A stretch of DNA of 50,147 nt from an uncultured Anaerolineae bacterium (GTDB lineage: Bacteria > Chloroflexota > Anaerolineae > Aggregatilineales > UBA3940). Positions within the stretch are counted from its first letter, which is position 1; the number at the start of each line of letters is the position of its first letter. Under the pieces are notes generated by a model. It did not search any database. It saw only the letters and a list, made by a program, of their open reading frames with translations, and was not told where the DNA came from. Location: assembly GCA_964506005.1 (NCBI GenBank), contig CAZDLX010000005.1, forward strand, positions 1-50,147, read 5' to 3'. Both the position numbers and the translations under genes were made by a program. Positions 1 through 7,663 of the stretch are shown in pieces.

Positions 1-1327
1 CATAGGGCGGCGAGTTGTGTCCCATCATGTCGAGAACATGACTGCCACTGACCGAGTAGGAGGCGATGCCAAGGGCATAGTAACCTGGCGTCTTGATGGT
101 GCCTACGACCTCCTCAGTCGGCGGCAAGTTGTACGCCGCTTGGTTGTTCTCGGAACCGCCTGCAGTGACCCATTTGGAGCCATCCCAGTACAGTACGTAC
201 AGGTCGTAGTCCTGATTCGTTGTCGGCCAGGCGTTCCAGCGTAGAACCTCGTAGAGAAAAGTGCCTGCCTGGAGATAGCCCAGCTCGTTGACTTCAGCAC
301 CGTTCGTATCGAACTCATGCCAATCATCGCCGTCTGTGTCCCGGAAGACGCCATCCCAGTGATACTGGGCCTGGTTGCCTGCCGCCTGAACGTACACCGT
401 GCCGTAGTTCGTGCGGGCGTTGTTCACGGCGTTTGACACCGGCCCCGTTCCGTCTCCGGCCTCGGTGTTATAGAAGCCCATCGACGACGAGATGATGTCG
501 TGGTCGTTTTGCGCCAGCGTGCTGATGTAAGACGCCATCTGTACTGCAGTGCTCGGCGAAGCGAACGTCAGCGATGCGCCAGGCGCCATGTCATAGATCA
601 CTTCGGCCACAGCGGTACCATGCCGGCTGGAGTTATCCAGCGTGCCGTAGGTACCAATGCTCGCCGGCAGCTCTCCCAGAGAGCGGGCAGTTGTGTAGTC
701 CTGGAAGCTGTCTAAGACGGCTATGTTCACGCCCTGCCCGGTAAACGACTGCGCGTGCCAGTTGTGAGCATTAGAGGCACTCACACCCTGGGAGGTAATG
801 GAACCCGCCAGAGCCGGCGCGCCAGCCGCGGGGACATCGTCGCCAAGAGGGAAGACCTCCGCAGGCCGCTCCACGATCACCACGCCGGGCAGTGCGCCAA
901 GCTGCGGGAGTGCAGGGACGGGTATCCACAGGTCAATCCACTGCTCGTAGTGCGCGGTGACCTCGCCGCCCAGCGACGGCAGCGCCTGGATGATGGCTTC
1001 GGCGCTGACTGTGCTGTCAGCGGTGACGCTCACCAGGATGCGCTCGCCATCCAGGCTGAATTCCTGGCTTATCAGCGGGCCTCCGGCTCCGCCACCCGGT
1101 GTCCCCCAGCGATCGTGGAGGTCGTCCACAGCGCTCGACAGGCCAGGACGGCCCGGCTGGCGAGCCGGAAGCTCGGCTATCGGCGCATCCGGCGGTGGGG
1201 GCGGCGGCGGCTCCTGGGCCTGCGCGGGCTGGATCGCCAGCACGAATACAAACAACAAGAACAGGATAATTGCCCAACGTGCAGCGGGACGTCGCTGCCT
1301 TTCAAAAATGCTGTTAGTGGCTTTCAT
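1..1327 (-). CDS. Secreted S8 (subtilisin-like) serine peptidase, truncated by the window edge; absent from the supplied ORF track
   Basis: Manual minus-strand translation from ATG 1327 is open to base 1: MKATNSIFERQRRPAARWAIILFLLFVFVLAIQPAQA (signal peptide), Pro-rich linker, propeptide, then GQGVNIAVLD (catalytic Asp), SRHGTAVAE (catalytic His) and QAAGN (oxyanion Asn). The catalytic Ser would lie beyond the window. Confidence 0.88.
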   Translation of the reverse strand, partial: MKATNSIFERQRRPAARWAIILFLLFVFVLAIQPAQAQEPPPPPPPDAPIAELPARQPGRPGLSSAVDDLHDRWGTPGGGAGGPLISQEFSLDGERILVSVTADSTVSAEAIIQALPSLGGEVTAHYEQWIDLWIPVPALPQLGALPGVVIVERPAEVFPLGDDVPAAGAPALAGSITSQGVSASNAHNWHAQSFTGQGVNIAVLDSFQDYTTARSLGELPASIGTYGTLDNSSRHGTAVAEVIYDMAPGASLTFASPSTAVQMASYISTLAQNDHDIISSSMGFYNTEAGDGTGPVSNAVNNARTNYGTVYVQAAGNQAQYHWDGVFRDTDGDDWHEFDTNGAEVNELGYLQAGTFLYEVLRWNAWPTTNQDYDLYVLYWDGSKWVTAGGSENNQAAYNLPPTEEVVGTIKTPGYYALGIASYSVSGSHVLDMMGHNSPPY

Positions 1328-1862
1328 CTTCTCTCTCGCTTGGAAGTGGTATAGCGACCGCCGGTTCTGTCACGTACTCAACGTACGGCAGGCCAGCCAG
1401 ATCATAGAGACGATCAACGGGCACCCAGACATCAAACAATGACTCATAGTTGGCTAGAATTTCACTATCGAGTGCTAACAGGTCGGCATTCACCTCCTCG
1501 ACTGGATACCCGTCTGAGACTTTTGCAGTCACGAGCACCCTGCTATCTTCGACCGGCAGCCCGCGATCTATCGCGTATTGCACAGCCGCATCCGGTGAGT
1601 CGTCCCACAGGCCACGCAGTGTTCGCAGAGCTTCGCTGACGGCCAGCCCTTCGCCTTGAGGATCGGTTTCCCTGGGCGGCGGCTGGACATCCTGATTCGC
1701 CGGAACGTCGGGGGTTTCCGGGGGGGCAGCCTGCGTATCCGCCGGCTCAGGCAAAGGAGTTGCGGGATCCTGGCTCGCAGCCTGGCTGCAACCCGCAAGA
1801 AAGCACAAGCTCGCCAGGCTGATTACGATTATCAACCAGCGTGTTAGGCTGCGCACCGTCAT
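1314..1862 (-). CDS. Lipoprotein resembling the propeptide of the downstream S8 peptidase
   Basis: Likely start MTVRSL at 1862 (GGGAG upstream). Lipobox LAGC, Pro-rich linker, then a domain alignable by eye to the S8 propeptide. It overlaps the S8 start by 14 bp. Confidence 0.75.
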   Translation of the reverse strand: MTVRSLTRWLIIVISLASLCFLAGCSQAASQDPATPLPEPADTQAAPPETPDVPANQDVQPPPRETDPQGEGLAVSEALRTLRGLWDDSPDAAVQYAIDRGLPVEDSRVLVTAKVSDGYPVEEVNADLLALDSEILANYESLFDVWVPVDRLYDLAGLPYVEYVTEPAVAIPLPSEREDESH

Positions 1863-2233
1863 ACTCCCTGAACCGAAGGCTATTAAGGCACAATGGTTTG
1901 GCACCACGCCAGGCTTGGCGTTCCTCGCCGGGGCTTTCCGCCACCCCATCGAAGGCATCAGATTTGCACTGGCGCAAAGACCGGGATCCCACAGCGGTCT
2001 CGATGTGGGCAGTAGAATCAGCTAGTTGGCTATGTGGTTTGCTGCTTAACAGTCGAGGCGTCGATCAGCTTCCGGCACAGTGGGTTTCGTACGAGGTCCA
2101 TGGTAGTCCAACTGCGCAGAAATGTCTAGCTGCCTTAACGGCACACTGGAGAGTGCATGACAAAAGCTCAACGTACCGGCGGCAGGTGAGCAGGCCGCAG
2201 CTGTCGCGGCGAGGCAGGTCGTCGAAGGCGCGG

Positions 2234-2878
2234 CTATTTGTACAACTTCACATACATATCCCAGCCGTCCTGCAGGATAAACTCGTAACGGTAGCCGGCG
2301 AGAAACTCGGCAAACGTGTCCGGAGTCCAGGTGACGTAGTCCAGCGGGTGCGGCGGGCGATTCGTCACATCCGGCGTGGAGATAATCGCGAACTGCCGCA
2401 TCGAGGAGTGGATGGTCTCAAGCAGCCGCTGCGGTTCCGGGATGTGCTCGATCACCTCGTGGCACACGACGACGTCGTACATCTCGCCCGGTTGGATGTC
2501 CTCGAACGAGCGCACCTCAAGCCGCAGCTCGCCTGCCTCGTAGCGCCTCATCAGGCCGGTGCGCCCGACGCCGGCCCGCGCCAGCAGCCGGCGCGGGTGC
2601 CTCAACAGCCCCGGCCCGTAGATGCGGTACTCGGCGGCCCGCCGCCCCAGGCTGATCGCAAATTCGTTGGTGTCGATGCAGGTGACGTCGAGCCCGCGCC
2701 TGAACATCTGGAAGGCGATCAGGCCATCCCCACCGCCGATGTCCAGCGCCGTGCCGCTTCCCGGCAGGTGGCTGAGCACCATATCAACCCGGCTGCGATA
2801 GCCGTAGGTGTCGCGCCGGTACCAGGCCCAGTGGTACGCGCCGCGCTTCTGGTACTTGTCGAAGGTCTTGTCAGCCAT
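2234..2878 (-). CDS. Class I SAM-dependent methyltransferase
   Basis: Motif I LDIGGGDG, acidic CID at the end of beta-2, and YDVVVCHEVIEHI, typical of Methyltransf_11/23-type proteins near glycan loci. Confidence 0.85.
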   Translation of the reverse strand: MADKTFDKYQKRGAYHWAWYRRDTYGYRSRVDMVLSHLPGSGTALDIGGGDGLIAFQMFRRGLDVTCIDTNEFAISLGRRAAEYRIYGPGLLRHPRRLLARAGVGRTGLMRRYEAGELRLEVRSFEDIQPGEMYDVVVCHEVIEHIPEPQRLLETIHSSMRQFAIISTPDVTNRPPHPLDYVTWTPDTFAEFLAGYRYEFILQDGWDMYVKLYK

Positions 2879-2994
2879 CGGTGTGCCTGTCTACATTGAA
2901 GAATCGCATGCCGAGTCTAGCCGGGCATGTCCGGCTACACCACCCGCTCCGGCACGTGAGCCTATTCCGGCGTGTGGTGGACTCTTGCAACCGC

Positions 2995-3209
2995 GATCAC
3001 ATGCAGCTTGAGGACTTCCAGGAGGCGCGGTCGGAGTGCCGCATCTCGCTCCGTATGTGGCGAGCAAGTTCGCGCTGACGGGCTTCTCAGACGCCCTGCG
3101 CGCCGAGCTGGCCAACAACGGTATCGCGGTAAGAACCGTCATCCCCGGGCTCATGCGCACAGGATCGCACGTGAATGCCTGCTTCGAGGGCACGGGCCGA
3201 TCGCCATGA
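2995..3209 (+). pseudogene. Fragment of a short-chain dehydrogenase/reductase gene
   Basis: [11 protein letters not shown] is followed, after a frame change, by [54 protein letters not shown] and TGA at 3207-3209. The SDR YxxxK motif is present, but there is no N-terminal Rossmann GxxxGxG and the C-terminus is truncated. Confidence 0.75.
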
Positions 3210-3354
3210 CTGAATTGCCGGGCCAAGCGGAGAAAACACACACCACAGGCGGGGCCGTCCAGGTCCCGCGTTGCGTATAGGACCGCAGTACCAGGGCGCG
3301 TAAGTTGATTTATGAAAGGTTCATGAATTCTTTCCCGCGCGGTGTCCAGACCCC

Positions 3355-3383
3355 TTGACAACCCCTTGCTTCCTGAATATGCT
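3355..3383 (+). promoter_or_regulatory. Sigma70-type promoter of polysaccharide unit 1
   Basis: TTGACA (3355-3360), 17-bp spacer, TATGCT (3378-3383), in an AT-rich intergenic segment. Predicted +1 near 3390, about 520 nt before the first CDS. Confidence 0.75.
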
Positions 3384-3909
3384 GATTAATGCGATGATTT
3401 AAGTATGAATTAAGGAAGTGTCGTCGGCGTTGGTCGGGCGCCTGACGGTACCGATGTAATCCGACCGAGAAGGAGATCTTACGTAAGCAGGTCGGCTGGC
3501 TGGCTCGTCGGTATTGGCGGATGATCTCAACACCAATTTCACGTATCCATGTAATTCTGGTTACTCACGAGTGTACCGAGTAGACGCACAACCGATCAGT
3601 GGTAGTGTCCTAGGAACAGCGGCACTGGTATCATCTCTCGTTCTGTCGTGAATATCCGACTACGAGCACGTTGACCTCCCGCGATCGTACACCTCCGCAA
3701 CATTCCTGGGGCGCGACCATCCATAACGTCAAACGTCAACTCAATAGGCCTGAGCTGTATGTCGAGCAACAACGACATGGCAGTTAGTTAAGCCTACTTT
3801 CGTTACATGTAGCTGTTCCGGTATCTAGCTGTGTTGTAGCGCCTGGCTGCTGTGCCGTGGGCGATTTCATTCGTTAAACCGTTATTGGTGCGCGCCGCTG
3901 GGGGATGAG

Positions 3910-4785
3910 ATGTTTAAATTACGGTTGCTCGTTGCACTCACCATCTGGTGGCTGTTCCTGTTCTTTAACGTCGAACGTATGGACTCGACGCTCAACCTCA
4001 CACCGGTGGTCTACGTCCTCGTCCCGGTCGCCGCCGTCATGACGGTCCTCATCAAGCAGATCTCGACGAAGAACGCCCTCTATACAATCGCCCCTGCCCT
4101 GATCGTGTACGCCGTCATGAAGCGGCTGCTCGGCTTCACCCTGCTGGAGCGTTCGCTCGCCGTGACCTTCACCGAGATGACGAGCATCGTCATCACGCTG
4201 CTGCTCGTGCGCGAGGTGCTCATCGCCCTTCAGGACTTCGAAGACACCATCGACCACATCACGTTCCGGCAGCTCGGGCTGCCACCCCGCGTATACGAGT
4301 CGCCTGACGCCGAGGATCTGTACCGCGAGGTGAAGCGCAGCCGCCGCTTCCAGCACCCGCTGTCGCTGCTCGTCATCAAGCCCCAGCTGGACGCCAGCAG
4401 CGTCCGCTTGAATGACCTCATGCTGGACCTCCAGCGGGCGATGTCCGCGCGCTACTTTCAAGCGCGGTTAGTCAAGTTTCTATCGGAGGAGCTGCGAGAT
4501 ACGGATCTCGTCGCCATAGACGGCGACGATTTTGTTGTGCTACTCCCCGAGACCTCCGAGCAGGACGCCAGCGACATCCTGGGGCGGCTCGGCCGCCAGG
4601 CGTACCACGAACTCGGCATCGATCTCACCGCCGGGCTGGCGTCTTTTCCCGATCAGGCATTGACCTTCACCGCCCTCATGGAAGCTGCCCGCCGCAACAT
4701 CGGGGAGACCGAGAACGCGCTGATGTCAGCTTCGACGATCAACCGCCGGTCGCCGGCGCCTCGCGCGCGGCGTGCGGAAACCTAG
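3910..4785 (+). CDS. Membrane protein with degenerate GGDEF domain (putative c-di-GMP receptor)
   Basis: About 4 N-terminal TM segments, then REVKRSRRFQHPLSLLVI...LRDTDLVAIDGDDFVVLLPET...AGLASFP. This is the GGDEF fold with an RxxD I-site but DGDDF at the active site. Confidence 0.75.
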   Translation: MFKLRLLVALTIWWLFLFFNVERMDSTLNLTPVVYVLVPVAAVMTVLIKQISTKNALYTIAPALIVYAVMKRLLGFTLLERSLAVTFTEMTSIVITLLLVREVLIALQDFEDTIDHITFRQLGLPPRVYESPDAEDLYREVKRSRRFQHPLSLLVIKPQLDASSVRLNDLMLDLQRAMSARYFQARLVKFLSEELRDTDLVAIDGDDFVVLLPETSEQDASDILGRLGRQAYHELGIDLTAGLASFPDQALTFTALMEAARRNIGETENALMSASTINRRSPAPRARRAET

Positions 4786-4836
4786 AGCCGGTCGCCCAAC
4801 CCGCGCCCGCTTCACCTGGTTTTCTGGAGGTCAGAG

Positions 4837-5895
4837 ATGAACCGAGTCCTGGTCGTCGAAGACGACCCAATTATCAGCCTGCAGCTTGAGATGCTGCTCA
4901 CCAACCGCGGCTACGCGACGCGCTGCGTCGGTAATGGCTTTACGGCTCTGGAGGCGGCTGAGAGCTGGCAGCCCGACGTCGTGCTGCTCGACATCATGCT
5001 GCCGGGCCTCAGCGGATTCGACGTGCTGGAGCGCATTCGCGAAAACGACGCGCTGGTGCTGACTCCGGTAATCCTTGTCTCGGCCCTGGGAGATATCCAC
5101 GAGAAGACACGGGGATTCGAGTGCGGCGCGGACGACTACATTGTGAAGCCGTTCAACTCGGCGGACCTCTGCCTGAGGCTGGAGGCTCACCTGAGGCGGC
5201 GCAGCCAGATCGCCGCAGCCCAGGCTTCGCAGCGCGTCGAGATGCCGTCGCTCTCGCCCCTTCTCGTCAAGCGGCAGCGCAGCGGCATCTTCCGCCGGGG
5301 CTACCAGGTGAGCAAACGTCTCTTCGACCTGACCGTGTGTCTGCTCACCCTGCCTCTGACGCTGCCGCTCATGCTGCTGATCGCCGGTCTGGTGAAGCTC
5401 GATTCGCCCGGCCCGGTCATCTTCAGGCAGCAGCGCACCGGCATGGGCGGCCGCCGGTTCACCATGTACAAGTTCCGCACCATGCTCCAGAACGCCGACG
5501 AGATCAAGGAAGCGTACGCGCACCTCAACCAGCTCACCTGGCCGGATTTCAAGATCCCTGACGACCCGCGCGTCACCCCGCTCGGCAAGATTCTGCGCAA
5601 GACGAGCCTCGACGAGCTGCCACAGATCTTCAATGTGATCAAGGGCGACATGAGCCTCGTCGGGCCCCGGCCCACGTCTTTCGCAGCGGACACCTACGAG
5701 CTGTGGCAGACGGAACGGCTCGAGGTGCGGCCCGGCCTCACCGGGTTGTGGCAGATCAACGGGCGCGCGGATACCGACTTCCGCGAGCGGACCGAGCTCG
5801 ACATCGAGTACATCGAGCGGCAGAGCTGGGCGCTCGACCTCAACATTCTATTCTCGACCGCCGCAGCAGTCCTGACGGGCCGCGGCTCCTATTAG
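4837..5895 (+). CDS. Response-regulator receiver domain fused to a priming phosphoglycosyltransferase (bacterial sugar transferase domain)
   Basis: N-terminus has VLVVEDD...VLLDIMLP...ILVSA...DDYIVKPF (canonical REC). C-terminus has KRLFDL...DSPGPVIFRQQR...YKFRTM...DDPRVT...SLDELPQ...[10 protein letters not shown]...PGLTGLWQ. Confidence 0.92.
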   Translation: MNRVLVVEDDPIISLQLEMLLTNRGYATRCVGNGFTALEAAESWQPDVVLLDIMLPGLSGFDVLERIRENDALVLTPVILVSALGDIHEKTRGFECGADDYIVKPFNSADLCLRLEAHLRRRSQIAAAQASQRVEMPSLSPLLVKRQRSGIFRRGYQVSKRLFDLTVCLLTLPLTLPLMLLIAGLVKLDSPGPVIFRQQRTGMGGRRFTMYKFRTMLQNADEIKEAYAHLNQLTWPDFKIPDDPRVTPLGKILRKTSLDELPQIFNVIKGDMSLVGPRPTSFAADTYELWQTERLEVRPGLTGLWQINGRADTDFRERTELDIEYIERQSWALDLNILFSTAAAVLTGRGSY

Positions 5896-6022
5896 ACGAG
5901 GCACCGAGGTGCGGGCACTCATGGGGACGGAGGACGTCCCCACTTAGTTGGCGCATGGCACGCGCCTGAAATGTGCGATTAAGCGCAGGCAGCACTCATT
6001 GATGTAAACGGGAAGGTATCAC

Positions 6023-7663
6023 GTGGAGCAGAAATATCTCAGGGCCCTGTGGCAGTGGTTATGGCTGATCGTACTGGTAGCGGCTGTCGCCGGTATAGGA
6101 ACCTACTGGATGGCACGCAATGCGCCTTCGACGTATGAGGCCGAGGCGCGCCTGATCGTCGGGCCGGGGCTTGACAGCCCGGTGCTGGACCTCGACACGC
6201 TGCGCACGAGCGGCCAGTTAATCCACGTCTACGCAAACGTAGCGCAGACGCCGTCGTTCCAGCAGGAGATTATCGGGCGGCTCACCCTCCAGATGAGTGA
6301 GGCGCAGCTCGCCGCGGCGATGGACGTGATCCCGTTCCCCGAGAGCCAGGTACTCGTGCTGCGCGTCGAGCACTCCGACCCGCAGATGGCCATCGCGATT
6401 GTCAACGCGGCGGCGACGATGCTGATGGAGCGCAGCCCGACGAGCGAGGACGGCACCGCCGTCGCGCTGATGGAGCAGATCACCGACCAGGCCGAGGATC
6501 TTGAAGATGACATCGCCGCCAGCAAACAGCTGATCCGGGAGCTTGAGGCGGAGCTTGCCACCGTCCGCACAGTCGCCCAGCAGGACTTTCTCGCCGCGCG
6601 GCTCATCGAGGAGCGGCGCTTCGTGACGGACAGCAACCGCGCTCTGAACGACCTGTATGCGCTGATGCGCGAGCCCGTCACCAACCAGATCCGGTTCCTG
6701 GAGCCGGCCCAGAGCGCCCAGCTCATCGACTCCGCGGTCAACCTCAAGGTGATGATCGGGGCGATGGCGGGCGTGATCGCGACGGTGATCCCGATCTTGG
6801 GCATCGCCTACTACACCGATCCCATCTACACGCCCCACAACATCGAGCAGGCGGCGGGCAAGCCGGTCCTGGGGGCGCTGGCGCAGCCTCCGCTTCACCG
6901 GCGCGCAGGTGGGCGCGATGGCGATGAGCCGGGTGCAGCGTTCTCGGGCAGCCGCGCGGCGGAAGCCTACCTCGCCGTCGCAGCCAAGCTCAAGCACATC
7001 GCCGACCGCACCTACCTGCAAACCATTCTGGTGACGAGCGGGCGCAGCAAACGGCCCGCTCTTGTCGGCGAGGTGGCGGCGAACCTGGCGGTCGCGCTGG
7101 CAAAGGCGGGGGAGGAAGTGCTGCTCGTCGATGTCCAGCCCCAGAGCACGCTCGCCTGCGCTTTGCTGGAGAAACAGGAAGGAGAACCCGCCGAACACGA
7201 CGACCAGCCTGGCAGCCTTAACATAGAGACGGTGAGCTGGCTGCCGAAGCTCTCCGTTGGCAGGCTGAAGGAAGAGGGAGGCGAGTCCCCGGTAAGCCGC
7301 CTGCAGCACGAGCTTGATGGTCTCAAGCTCAGGTCGGCGCTGGTGATCGTGGCGGCCCCCCCGCTGGGCATGTCCTCGGATGGCCTGTTCGCAGCGCCGC
7401 TCTGTGACGGCGTCGTGCTGGTCGCCGAGAGTGGGGTGCGGCGCGATTACGTCCGCCAGGCAGCCGCGGAAGTGGCCGCGGTAGGCGGCGAGATACTCGG
7501 CTGCATCCTGGTCCAGAACCGGGCCCGCCAGTTCGACCTGAACCGGATCGTCTCCGGCTGGCAGGAGGCGCTCGCCGCGGTGCGCGCCATGATTGACAGC
7601 CGCATGGCCAACATTCCACCCAGCGTGAATCCAGGGGATGAAGAAGTAGCACTCCATGACTGA
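6023..7663 (+). CDS. Wzc/CapAB-like polysaccharide co-polymerase with degenerate tyrosine-kinase domain
   Basis: Wzz-like N-terminal TM, YEAEARLIV, coiled coil, second TM, then a CpsD/CapB-like domain (ILVTS..., AANLAVALA, DGVVLV) lacking intact Walker motifs. Confidence 0.8.
   Translation: MEQKYLRALWQWLWLIVLVAAVAGIGTYWMARNAPSTYEAEARLIVGPGLDSPVLDLDTLRTSGQLIHVYANVAQTPSFQQEIIGRLTLQMSEAQLAAAMDVIPFPESQVLVLRVEHSDPQMAIAIVNAAATMLMERSPTSEDGTAVALMEQITDQAEDLEDDIAASKQLIRELEAELATVRTVAQQDFLAARLIEERRFVTDSNRALNDLYALMREPVTNQIRFLEPAQSAQLIDSAVNLKVMIGAMAGVIATVIPILGIAYYTDPIYTPHNIEQAAGKPVLGALAQPPLHRRAGGRDGDEPGAAFSGSRAAEAYLAVAAKLKHIADRTYLQTILVTSGRSKRPALVGEVAANLAVALAKAGEEVLLVDVQPQSTLACALLEKQEGEPAEHDDQPGSLNIETVSWLPKLSVGRLKEEGGESPVSRLQHELDGLKLRSALVIVAAPPLGMSSDGLFAAPLCDGVVLVAESGVRRDYVRQAAAEVAAVGGEILGCILVQNRARQFDLNRIVSGWQEALAAVRAMIDSRMANIPPSVNPGDEEVALHD

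Noticed and set aside
755-2899. Plus-strand ORFs 755-1354, 957-1442 and 1841-2899
   Set aside because: They are antisense to the S8 peptidase, lipoprotein and methyltransferase, which carry clear motifs.
3384-3909. Known riboswitch (e.g. c-di-GMP-I/II) or canonical ops element in the leader
   Set aside because: I could not match the consensus features by eye, and GGCGGTAG is absent. An Rfam scan is needed.
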